Shown: positions 45,910 through 54,577 of the stretch, piece by piece
Position numbering within the stretch: the first letter of the stretch is position 1
Layout of the letters: the number at the start of each line of letters is the position of its first letter
IMG/VR virus record: IMGVR_UViG_3300028388_003025
Location: 15,121 to 79,120 of that record
From: a virus
Length of the DNA: 64,000 nucleotides
Direction: 5' to 3' (one strand)
Position numbers and translations under genes: made by a program
The notes under the pieces: model-generated
Database searches by the model: none
What the model was told of the DNA's origin: nothing
The model's input: the letters and a program-made list of their open reading frames with translations, nothing else

Positions 45910-47474
45910 AATTAAATAAAGACGAAGAGTCTGTAATTAATTGCTACCAAATGTATCATGACGCTATAACAACAATACTAAGGCCAGACGGAGAAGTTAT
46001 ATCTATAGAAGAAGAGAGGCTTGTAAGAACTAGACATGCTTTAAGAGATGTGGCCAACCCTAACAAACCCTTTTTAGACTCTGAGATACTATGTAAAAGA
46101 GTCTTCCACAATGATAATGATGGCTATTTAAAAGAAGTATATGCTAACGAGTATGATCACCATATAGCTCATGCATATGGAGCATTAACACAAAGCGGTA
46201 TGTGGGATCAGGCTGCAATATTGGTTGTAGATGGTTGGGGTAAGGACATCAACACAGAAGAGTTTAATAGTATAGCAATATTCTCTGCAAATAATGGTGA
46301 GATAGAAACAAAAAGAGTCTATGATATAGCTTATTCTATAGGCGTCATGTATTCATACTCAAGCGAAATGGTATTCAAGCATGAGTTTACAGAAGGAAAG
46401 TTTATGGGACTGGCCACGCATGGCGATGCAAAGTCTGTGCCAAGGCTTTATACTATTGACGAAAGTACTGGAGATATATCTTATTACAGTGAGGCATACC
46501 CAATAAAAGAAGAACACAAAGTCCACAACAATGGCTGGAATACTCACTTATTGAACTGGATCTATAATGAGGTATATCCTCTTTGCAATAGCGATGCAGA
46601 TTTCGCAGCAACAATCCAAAAAGAATTTGAGCTAATTATGTTTGAACTTGTTAAGTATATTAAGAATACTGTAGGTGGTGACCGCTTAATAATAAGTGGA
46701 GGCTGTGGTCTTAACTGTACGTTTAATGGCAAGTTGCTGGCAGCTAATATATTTAAAGATGTCTACATCCCACCTATGTGTACAGATCAAGGAAGTTCTA
46801 TAGGTGTTTTATCTGCATATAAAAAGCAGAATATAAACAAGACACTTAAATATAATACTATAATCCATCCATTGCCGGATGATATTAAAGAAGTAGATAT
46901 GGAGTGGGTGGCTAACATGCTCAAGTCTGGCAAGATAGTTGCATGGTTTGAAGGTGGCTCTGAATATGGGCCAAGAGCATTATGCCATAGAAGCTTGCTT
47001 GCTGTCCCTAACAAGAAAGATGTAGCAGACAAGGTTAACAGAATAAAAAACAGGGAGTTGTGGAGGCCGTTAGCTCCCGTAGTTCTTGATACAGAGTTTG
47101 AAAAGATGTTTGATTGTAAGCCTGGCGTGCTACACGAATTCATGCTTTCAACAGAGACTGTCAGTGAAGATTATAGAGAAAAGGTGCCGGCAGTTCTTGC
47201 TAAAGACAATACTACAAGGCCACAAATACTCTTTAATGATTTAGACAATTCTGTATTGTATTCTATTATGAAGTCATTTGACTTGCCTGTGTTACTTAAC
47301 ACATCCTTTAATGACAGAGGAGAGGCAATATGTGAGTCTCCAGGGGATGCTATAAGGTTTGTAAACAAAAGAGATAAAGAAGATGTGGTGCTTATATTCT
47401 GTGACGGTAATAAGATTTATAACTATGCTAGAATGTCTAAACCACTATTCAATGGAGATACTGATGGCAAGTAG
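45897..47474 (+). CDS. Carbamoyltransferase (NodU/CmcH/TobZ family)
   Basis: EEERL, HHIAHA, VVDGWG, EGKFMGLA, GGCGLN, EYGPRALCHRSLLA, IKNRELWRPLAP, LLNTSFN. Confidence 0.95.
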   Translation: MLRVELNKDEESVINCYQMYHDAITTILRPDGEVISIEEERLVRTRHALRDVANPNKPFLDSEILCKRVFHNDNDGYLKEVYANEYDHHIAHAYGALTQSGMWDQAAILVVDGWGKDINTEEFNSIAIFSANNGEIETKRVYDIAYSIGVMYSYSSEMVFKHEFTEGKFMGLATHGDAKSVPRLYTIDESTGDISYYSEAYPIKEEHKVHNNGWNTHLLNWIYNEVYPLCNSDADFAATIQKEFELIMFELVKYIKNTVGGDRLIISGGCGLNCTFNGKLLAANIFKDVYIPPMCTDQGSSIGVLSAYKKQNINKTLKYNTIIHPLPDDIKEVDMEWVANMLKSGKIVAWFEGGSEYGPRALCHRSLLAVPNKKDVADKVNRIKNRELWRPLAPVVLDTEFEKMFDCKPGVLHEFMLSTETVSEDYREKVPAVLAKDNTTRPQILFNDLDNSVLYSIMKSFDLPVLLNTSFNDRGEAICESPGDAIRFVNKRDKEDVVLIFCDGNKIYNYARMSKPLFNGDTDGK

Positions 47475-48420
47475 CGAAGATAAAAGTTGTAGACCTTTAG
47501 GTATTCAAGTATGGAATGATTGCTCAAATAATTGTAGCTTCTGTGTACAGAAGCACTTTATAAAAGAAGTAACGCCACTTCACAAGAAGAAGCGATCAAT
47601 AGGCCTAGCAATGTCTCAGGTTCTAAACAACGATATAATAAAAGAATATCAAGGAGTCATGCTTATAGGTGGCGAGATATTTGGAGGCCAATTAAAAGGC
47701 CTTTATTCTGACTGGTTTGATCTGCTTGAGGCCTTCAATACTGCAGGATTAAAGCATGTAATACTACAAACAGGCCTCATGTATGAAGATGTTTCAGATC
47801 TTATCGAGTCCTTGGCCATAGTTAAAGATATAGAACAGGTAGTTATATCGACTTCATATGATACGCTAGGCAGATTCTCCAAGAAAACTAAAGACATTTG
47901 GGACAAGAATTTGTTGCTACTAGAGAAGCTAAAGAAGAAGTATAAGTTTCAGATCAATGTTTCTGTAATAATGACCCAAGCATTCATTGATGAGTATCTA
48001 GCTGGGAACTTTGTACACCCTAAAGGGGCTGACAGAGTTAGCTTATGCATCCCTCATATGTTTTCTGACCACCGTGATGCTCTTGATAATCCAGATCAAT
48101 ACTCGGACAAACTAAGAGATAGTGAATGTGAATACTCTGACAGGTTTTTGCCATTAAGGGATATTGATAAGCTTGCAGAGTTTGCTCACAAGTTCTCTGC
48201 CCAGTATGGATATGGAGGACTTGGCAGCTTTATAGAGTCAGCACAAGATATAATTCCATCATTTACACAAGACAATGATGTAGAACCTACCGACTTCATG
48301 CCTCGTAGTAGATGTGGGCACCTATTGATAGCACAATGTTATTCTGACAGCAACGAGTGCCTTGCTTGTGATCTTGAAAAACTAATACCAAATATAAAGG
48401 AGTTGGCAAAGAATGGATAA
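47464..48420 (+). CDS. Radical SAM protein, paralogue 2 (start probably ATG 47464)
   Basis: VWNDCSNNCSFC, LIGGE, TSYDTLGRF, CGHLLIAQCYSDSNECLACD; SD ggag before 47464. Confidence 0.9.
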   Translation: MASSEDKSCRPLGIQVWNDCSNNCSFCVQKHFIKEVTPLHKKKRSIGLAMSQVLNNDIIKEYQGVMLIGGEIFGGQLKGLYSDWFDLLEAFNTAGLKHVILQTGLMYEDVSDLIESLAIVKDIEQVVISTSYDTLGRFSKKTKDIWDKNLLLLEKLKKKYKFQINVSVIMTQAFIDEYLAGNFVHPKGADRVSLCIPHMFSDHRDALDNPDQYSDKLRDSECEYSDRFLPLRDIDKLAEFAHKFSAQYGYGGLGSFIESAQDIIPSFTQDNDVEPTDFMPRSRCGHLLIAQCYSDSNECLACDLEKLIPNIKELAKNG

Positions 48421-49216
48421 GTCTTATTGCGCACACCTAGATTCAAACTCTATGTTTGTTCGCTTCAAGGAGAATAGTTCTGACTTAATCTTTAGCTGTT
48501 GTAGTAACAGGGCTACAGATAACTTTGGCGATAAAGAATGTACTATCTCTTGTGATAACAGATCTGAAAATATAGATATGAAAAACGTATTAGGCATAGG
48601 TGCATACGGCAAATGTAATATACAGTGCAGGTATTGCAACTCTTCTCAGGTAGAGGTTAGTAGCGACTATTATGATATACTTGAAAAGAATATATTAGAG
48701 CGACTAGACCTTTCAAAAGTAGAGAAAATGTTCTGCGGTAGTGGAGAGCTTTTCTGTGACGAAGGTTTGCAGTCCTTATACAAGAAGATATTAGCAATAA
48801 ATCCAAACATTAAGGTTGTTATAGAAACAAATGGCATAGCATGGGACGAGAGTATTTTAGATAATATAGGTATGACAAGCTGTATTGATTCCATTCAGCT
48901 TCATTGTCCAGCATATGATGATGAATCATATAAAAAAATAACAGGGTTTAAAGGAGGTTATTCGCTATTTAAGGAAAAGGCAAAAGATATTTTTGATTTT
49001 TCTAATAGATATGGAATAGAAGACAGTGTAATAATTAATATACTGTTGACCCAGGATCTTAATGCTATAAAATATATTAAGACTATATTGGAAGACTTTA
49101 AAGATTTAAAAATTGGTGTAGCTTCTGTCTTTGGCTATGGTAGCCTAAGCAAGAGAGAACAACAAAGCTTGGCTGCAAGATTTGACGCACCTAATATTGA
49201 GTTTTTATTTTATTAA
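48413..49216 (+). CDS. Radical SAM protein with an N-terminal Cys-rich (SPASM/twitch-like) segment
   Basis: YCAHL...FSCCS...ECTISC before GKCNIQCRYC; GSGELF; ETNG. Confidence 0.8.
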   Translation: MDKSYCAHLDSNSMFVRFKENSSDLIFSCCSNRATDNFGDKECTISCDNRSENIDMKNVLGIGAYGKCNIQCRYCNSSQVEVSSDYYDILEKNILERLDLSKVEKMFCGSGELFCDEGLQSLYKKILAINPNIKVVIETNGIAWDESILDNIGMTSCIDSIQLHCPAYDDESYKKITGFKGGYSLFKEKAKDIFDFSNRYGIEDSVIINILLTQDLNAIKYIKTILEDFKDLKIGVASVFGYGSLSKREQQSLAARFDAPNIEFLFY

Positions 49217-49230
49217 TAGGAGGAAGAAAG

Positions 49231-49974
49231 ATGAATGATGCAGAATTATTAGATTTTTTTAAACAGAAATATGCAGGTCATGACTATAATGAGCAGGTGT
49301 TTACAGATAACATAAACCTATTCTCACTTGCTGACGATGAGATTGTTATAAACTTTTGTGGTTGTGAATACAGAGGATGCAACTTTTGTACACACTCTAA
49401 GGATAATGGGCTTAACTATATCCCTATCGAAAAGCTTAAACAAATAATACTAGGCTTGAACATACCTTCAATTGGCCTTTCTGGTAGTAACTTAAATAGT
49501 TATCCAGACCTGGTTGAGCTATATGATTGGCTTGAAGAGAACAATATTACAATCACAAAGATAAGAGGACTTACTCCTGCCGGGCAAGTTGCTAGAGATA
49601 TACTAGACAAGGCATCATTACTTGGTCCAGACGCAGTGGCTATAAGAATAATGGCGGGATCTGACAGAATGCTAGAGGCTATGGGTGCTAATTTTACAGT
49701 TCAAGATATTGAAACTGCTATATCCCTAGCATCAAGTGCGGGCAACAAGGTTTCATTACATGTATTATGTGGATATCCTGGTGATGCTCAAGATAATATT
49801 GATGGTATTAACTCTTTAATTCAATATAATAATTGTCAGGTATGTCTTTGCAGGTTTAACCCACCAGAATGGTTTGAAGGTTCAGCTATGGACGAGCAAG
49901 AAATGCTTGATCTGTATAAAGACTTTAAAGAAATAGATAATTTGTATGGAGAAAATACAAAGTATTGGGTGTGA
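49231..49974 (+). CDS. Radical SAM protein with a MiaB/class-B-like core and Cx4Cx2C motif
   Basis: GCEYRGCNFC, GLSGSNL, AGSDRMLEAMG, LCGYPGD; no obvious B12-binding or TRAM domain. Confidence 0.75.
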   Translation: MNDAELLDFFKQKYAGHDYNEQVFTDNINLFSLADDEIVINFCGCEYRGCNFCTHSKDNGLNYIPIEKLKQIILGLNIPSIGLSGSNLNSYPDLVELYDWLEENNITITKIRGLTPAGQVARDILDKASLLGPDAVAIRIMAGSDRMLEAMGANFTVQDIETAISLASSAGNKVSLHVLCGYPGDAQDNIDGINSLIQYNNCQVCLCRFNPPEWFEGSAMDEQEMLDLYKDFKEIDNLYGENTKYWV

Positions 49975-49978
49975 ATAC

Positions 49979-50905
49979 ATGAAGCTTCCTATAAAGAACT
50001 TTAAAGAGTTTATCCCCAAGCACGAAGAGTATATAAGAAGTAGTATTATATTCTTTCCAGACTGTGATTTTAATTGCAAGTTCTGCATATACAGAAATTG
50101 CCACGACATGACTACTATTGAAGATAGAGAGGTCATACTAAAGAAGGCTATAAAGCTTGTGTCTGATCCAAAGCTTAAGCCAACACCAATACTATCCTTG
50201 GTTGGTGGCGAATTCTTCGGAACCAAACTTAAAGGTCTTGAAGATTTGTGGCTAGAACTAATGACTGTTTGTTACAACTCTGGCTTTGAATTGATACAAG
50301 TACAGACCTCGTTGATGTTTAAAGAGATGCCATTGTTAGATAAGACAGCAGAAATACTCAAAGAAAAGTTGTCGGTCGCTACATCATATAATGAAGAGGG
50401 AAGATTTTCCAATACAAGGAAAAGCAATTGGAGAAAACATCTTGACCACTATAAATCTATAGGGGCTAACGTGTATATAATATATACTCTTAGCCAAAAC
50501 TTTATAGACAAATTATATAATCATGAAGTTTCTTTTGAGCCAGATACTGATAGGCTATTTAGATTGCCTACAATACCGTATGGTGAAGACTGTATTTATA
50601 ATAACTCTGATGAATATTATGAATATGTTAAAAGAAATATAGATAAATATCCTGAGAACTTTTTTATATCAGACAGGGAGAAGCTTATAAGCGTTATAAA
50701 AGAGTATGACGAGATGACTCCAAGAGCATTCTTTGCAAGCATATATTTTGAACGTTCATTTATATTGCACAAATATCCTGATATATATTACAATCATGTG
50801 TTTAATGAGTGTGGACACTCAATACTTGGTATGAACTATTTCAACGAAGAGCATGATTGTATATTATGCGACATTGAAGAAGCTTTTAAAGAGGAGGTTG
50901 AGTAA
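49979..50905 (+). CDS. Radical SAM protein, paralogue 3 (start 49979 or 49946)
   Basis: FFPDCDFNCKFC, LVGGE, TSYNEEGRF, CGHSILGMNYFNEEHDCILCD. Confidence 0.88.
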   Translation: MKLPIKNFKEFIPKHEEYIRSSIIFFPDCDFNCKFCIYRNCHDMTTIEDREVILKKAIKLVSDPKLKPTPILSLVGGEFFGTKLKGLEDLWLELMTVCYNSGFELIQVQTSLMFKEMPLLDKTAEILKEKLSVATSYNEEGRFSNTRKSNWRKHLDHYKSIGANVYIIYTLSQNFIDKLYNHEVSFEPDTDRLFRLPTIPYGEDCIYNNSDEYYEYVKRNIDKYPENFFISDREKLISVIKEYDEMTPRAFFASIYFERSFILHKYPDIYYNHVFNECGHSILGMNYFNEEHDCILCDIEEAFKEEVE

Positions 50906-51820
50906 ATGAGCATGATTCAGTACGGTCTATTCCCTAACTGTTCTAATAGATGTAAGTTTTGTCTTATAAAAGAAAGAGAATTCTTTTCTATGGATCAAGT
51001 AATTAGTGAGCTTGATAAAGTTATAAAGAATATTGATTATATTGATTGGGAAAATAAGTTTGACGCTGGAATATCTCTGCTCGGTGGAGAGATATATTAC
51101 ATAACAGATGAGAAATATAGACAAAAGTTTCTTGAACTTATAGATACTATAATAGAAAAGATATTAAAAGTATCTAAGAATCCTAATGTCAGATTTTCTA
51201 CTGTAACTAATGGGATATATAATCCAGAAAACCTTCTGTTTCCAGCAATAGACAAGATTGCTGATGCTGTCGGAATTAGCAAGGTAGATGTTAACTTTAG
51301 CTATGATCTTAAATACAGATATTCTAGTGAGGAAGATAGGCTACTTGTCCTAGAAAACATAAACAAGTTCCATGAAAGATACAACTATATTACAGGAGTT
51401 CAAATGGTATTGACGCAACACTTAATTGAAAAGGTTAAGGCTGGAGAGTTTGATGTAAATGATTTTGAGAAAGACGTTATCCCAGGAAATTGGCTTGCAT
51501 TGTTGTACCCGCACACAGTAAGGACTGGCGAAGCTCTTGGCGATTTTAATTTCAATAGAAAAGATTTCATTTGGTTTTATAATTATTTAAGAGAGGCGAA
51601 CCCAAGATTGTTCAGAGCCTTCACTAACTCAACAAAGAATAGTGGAAAGTTTAAACACACCGGCTTATTCTTCAAGGGAACGTCAGGAGGTTTTGATCAA
51701 CCGCCTGTCTTGTCTGACGGCAAAGAGTTGATAAACCCCAAGTGCGGCCACTCAATAATATACCAGTGTTACTCAGACTCTGACAAATGTGTCTTGTGTG
51801 ACATAGAATCGATCAGTTAA
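50906..51820 (+). CDS. Radical SAM protein, paralogue 4
   Basis: LFPNCSNRCKFC, LLGGE, FSYDLKYRY, CGHSIIYQCYSDSDKCVLCD; SD ggagg. Confidence 0.9.
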   Translation: MSMIQYGLFPNCSNRCKFCLIKEREFFSMDQVISELDKVIKNIDYIDWENKFDAGISLLGGEIYYITDEKYRQKFLELIDTIIEKILKVSKNPNVRFSTVTNGIYNPENLLFPAIDKIADAVGISKVDVNFSYDLKYRYSSEEDRLLVLENINKFHERYNYITGVQMVLTQHLIEKVKAGEFDVNDFEKDVIPGNWLALLYPHTVRTGEALGDFNFNRKDFIWFYNYLREANPRLFRAFTNSTKNSGKFKHTGLFFKGTSGGFDQPPVLSDGKELINPKCGHSIIYQCYSDSDKCVLCDIESIS

Positions 51821-51823
51821 TAT

Positions 51824-52648
51824 ATGAATTGCTTTAACATAAAGCTAGGCGATCAGCAACTAGAGAGCGGTCCAATAGCGATAATAAATATGATACTCGT
51901 TTGGATGAGGCTTGCTAGCGAATTCAAAGCAACCATTAGTGTTGATCTTAGCCAGTATGAAGCTTATTATAAATGCAGTATATTAGAAAGATATTTTCTT
52001 CCAATGCTAAATAGCGATATAGATACTGGAGTGGACTTTAGCTTAGTTCATTCAATATATCCTTTTGGCTTGCTTGACTCAATAAATGGAGACAAGGATT
52101 TCTTGCGATCTATTTCTGAAATACAGAAAAGAAATCTTGTCTTTAATAATACATGTATTAAAAGAATTGATTCTGACTTAATTCATTTTAACAAGCTCAA
52201 AAAAGAAGGGGCTTCTATTATGGGGGCTCTCGTTAGAGGTACTGACTACCTTAGTATAACTGGGAAGAATGTTCCAAAATGGCCAGACAATAAACGCATA
52301 ATAAAGTATTGTGAAAAGATAATGAATGACAATCAACATACACACTTGTTTCTTGCTACAGAAGATAGTGATGTATATGCAGCGTTTAAGGATAAGTTTG
52401 GAGAACTATTGATAGATATAGACCAGCCAAGGTTCTCTAGAAAAGACTTTGTATTGCCTGGGCAACTTAATAAAAAGCTTTATGATAACAATATGCTTAT
52501 GGCAGATAAGTACATTAGCTCTTTATATGCCCTTAGTGAATGCGACTCTTTTGTTGGCACGCCGACTAGCGGATCAATATTTGTTAGTATACTAAAACAA
52601 GACTTTAAATTCTTTAATATATTCTATAAGGGAGCTGGCAATGATTAG
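51824..52648 (+). CDS. Fucosyltransferase-like (NodZ/O-FucT-type GT-B) glycosyltransferase 1
   Basis: GALVRGTDY, LFLATED, LSECDSFVGTPTSGS match the three conserved fucosyltransferase-family motifs. Confidence 0.8.
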   Translation: MNCFNIKLGDQQLESGPIAIINMILVWMRLASEFKATISVDLSQYEAYYKCSILERYFLPMLNSDIDTGVDFSLVHSIYPFGLLDSINGDKDFLRSISEIQKRNLVFNNTCIKRIDSDLIHFNKLKKEGASIMGALVRGTDYLSITGKNVPKWPDNKRIIKYCEKIMNDNQHTHLFLATEDSDVYAAFKDKFGELLIDIDQPRFSRKDFVLPGQLNKKLYDNNMLMADKYISSLYALSECDSFVGTPTSGSIFVSILKQDFKFFNIFYKGAGND

Positions 52649-53507
52649 TAAATATACTAGAGTTTGTTATAACAATGGCGCACAAGGCATAGGCGGCTTA
52701 TTTCTGATAGGCCTAAAAGGAATCTACAGCAATGTAGACTCGTCCACGCCAGTCATAGATATGTCAGAATCTGCATATTATTGTGAGCAATTTGATAATC
52801 CAAATATCTGGGAGAACTATTTTAAACAGGTTGATATAAGCTTAAATGAACTCAAAGAACTTGCTCAAGATAATGTAACTGTAGTTAATGAATCTTTTTC
52901 TGAGCCCTATATAAAAAGGTTTACATCTAAAGCGTATGATTATTTAAAAGACACTTATGAAAAATATGTTAGCTTTACTGATGATATAGAGAAAGAGTTT
53001 TCCGAAAGCTTACAAGCTATCGCTGGAAAGAAATGCCTGGCAGTGTGTGGCAGAGGTACGGATTATTTATATGCAAATCCTGAAAGACACGCAATAATGC
53101 CAGAACCATACTTCTTACTCGAAGAGGCTGAAAGATTTGTTAATGAGCATGGATATACTCATGTGTTCTTAACAACAGAAGATCAGCATATATTTGATAT
53201 GTTTAAGTCAAAGTTTAATGAGAAATTAATAGCAGTTGATATGCATCGTGTTACAAGACTAGAGGTTCTCAAGGCAGGAACGATATGCAATATACCTATG
53301 GATATGGTAGCCTTTACTAAAGCGTATCTTAAGTCTATATTCTTAATGTCTAGATGTGATGGCTTTATTGGCGGAAGCAATGGCTCAGCCTTAGCTTCTA
53401 TAGTAATGAGAGGCAACAAAGAATTTGGCGACTTGAATATATACTATCTTGGCAATATAAGAAACTATAGAAAGTACAATATATATACTGGAGAGGGTGA
53501 TAACTAA
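52641..53507 (+). CDS. Fucosyltransferase-like glycosyltransferase 2
   Basis: GIGGLF, NIWENYFKQ, AVCGRGTDY, VFLTTED, MSRCDGFIGGSNGS. Confidence 0.82.
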   Translation: MISKYTRVCYNNGAQGIGGLFLIGLKGIYSNVDSSTPVIDMSESAYYCEQFDNPNIWENYFKQVDISLNELKELAQDNVTVVNESFSEPYIKRFTSKAYDYLKDTYEKYVSFTDDIEKEFSESLQAIAGKKCLAVCGRGTDYLYANPERHAIMPEPYFLLEEAERFVNEHGYTHVFLTTEDQHIFDMFKSKFNEKLIAVDMHRVTRLEVLKAGTICNIPMDMVAFTKAYLKSIFLMSRCDGFIGGSNGSALASIVMRGNKEFGDLNIYYLGNIRNYRKYNIYTGEGDN

Positions 53508-54568
53508 TGAGATATGCAGATCCTGATAAAATAAAATCATATCAAACAGAGTTATGGCAAGAGTGTAACAACCTTTGTGCCTATTGTTATCTTGGGCAAG
53601 AGAATAGAAAAACTCCAGATTCTGTAAAAGAAGAGTCACTAAGAATATTTCTTAAGAAGTTAGACAGCTTTGATTTCGAAAACTACAACAACATATCATT
53701 TATTGGCGGGGAGTTCTTTCAAGGACAATTATCTACACCAGAAATAAAAAGGTTATTCATGGAGATAATGAACAAAGTTCATTGCTTTATGAAAGAGGGC
53801 AAGTTAAGATCTGTATGGATAACAGCAACTCTAACCATAGGTGATCAGCCAGAACTTTACGAGGTTATAGAGATGTTTAAAGATATTGAAATTGATCCAG
53901 AAGATAGACAGAAAGGCTTGTGGATATGTACAAGCTATGATGTTATTGGCAGATTTCATTCAGATAAAATGCTAGAGACCTGGCAAACACATATGCTTAA
54001 AATGCATAATGACTATCCTTTTGTTAAGCTAAACACTACCATTATAGTTATGGGCAAGTTGTGCGATATGTATCTAGACAACAAGTTCTCATTTAGAGAG
54101 TTTATCGACAAATACAATACAGCTATATTCTTAAAGCAACCAGGATCTGGCACCCTTAATGACGAGAGGGAGAGGGATGTATCTAATCCTAAAGACCTAG
54201 AGCGACTTAAGAAAGTGATAATGGAAGAGCGAGTCCCAGGGATGTTCCCTAAGAGGAAGCTGTTCTTAAAGTTCTTAACTAAGTTTGCAAAAGAAGAGCC
54301 TGAGTTGTACGATAGATTATACAACATAGAATACAGAGCTGACGTGTTAGTCAGAAACTTTAATAGCATTGACCGTCTTGATAAATCTTTTGAGAGAGAT
54401 AAACATGCTGTAATAGAAGACCAGGCATCTACCTGTATTAATGACTGTGGGCATATAATAGAATATGCTGCATATATTGATTGTGATAACTGTGCCATAT
54501 GTGATAGGAACGAAGTCTGGGAGGCGGTTCATGGCGCACATCACAAACTATTTGGAATAAAGGAGTAG
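53507..54568 (+). CDS. Radical SAM protein, paralogue 5
   Basis: LWQECNNLCAYC, FIGGE, TSYDVIGRF, CGHIIEYAAYIDCDNCAICD. Confidence 0.9.
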   Translation: MRYADPDKIKSYQTELWQECNNLCAYCYLGQENRKTPDSVKEESLRIFLKKLDSFDFENYNNISFIGGEFFQGQLSTPEIKRLFMEIMNKVHCFMKEGKLRSVWITATLTIGDQPELYEVIEMFKDIEIDPEDRQKGLWICTSYDVIGRFHSDKMLETWQTHMLKMHNDYPFVKLNTTIIVMGKLCDMYLDNKFSFREFIDKYNTAIFLKQPGSGTLNDERERDVSNPKDLERLKKVIMEERVPGMFPKRKLFLKFLTKFAKEEPELYDRLYNIEYRADVLVRNFNSIDRLDKSFERDKHAVIEDQASTCINDCGHIIEYAAYIDCDNCAICDRNEVWEAVHGAHHKLFGIKE

Positions 54569-54577
54569 GAGGACATC

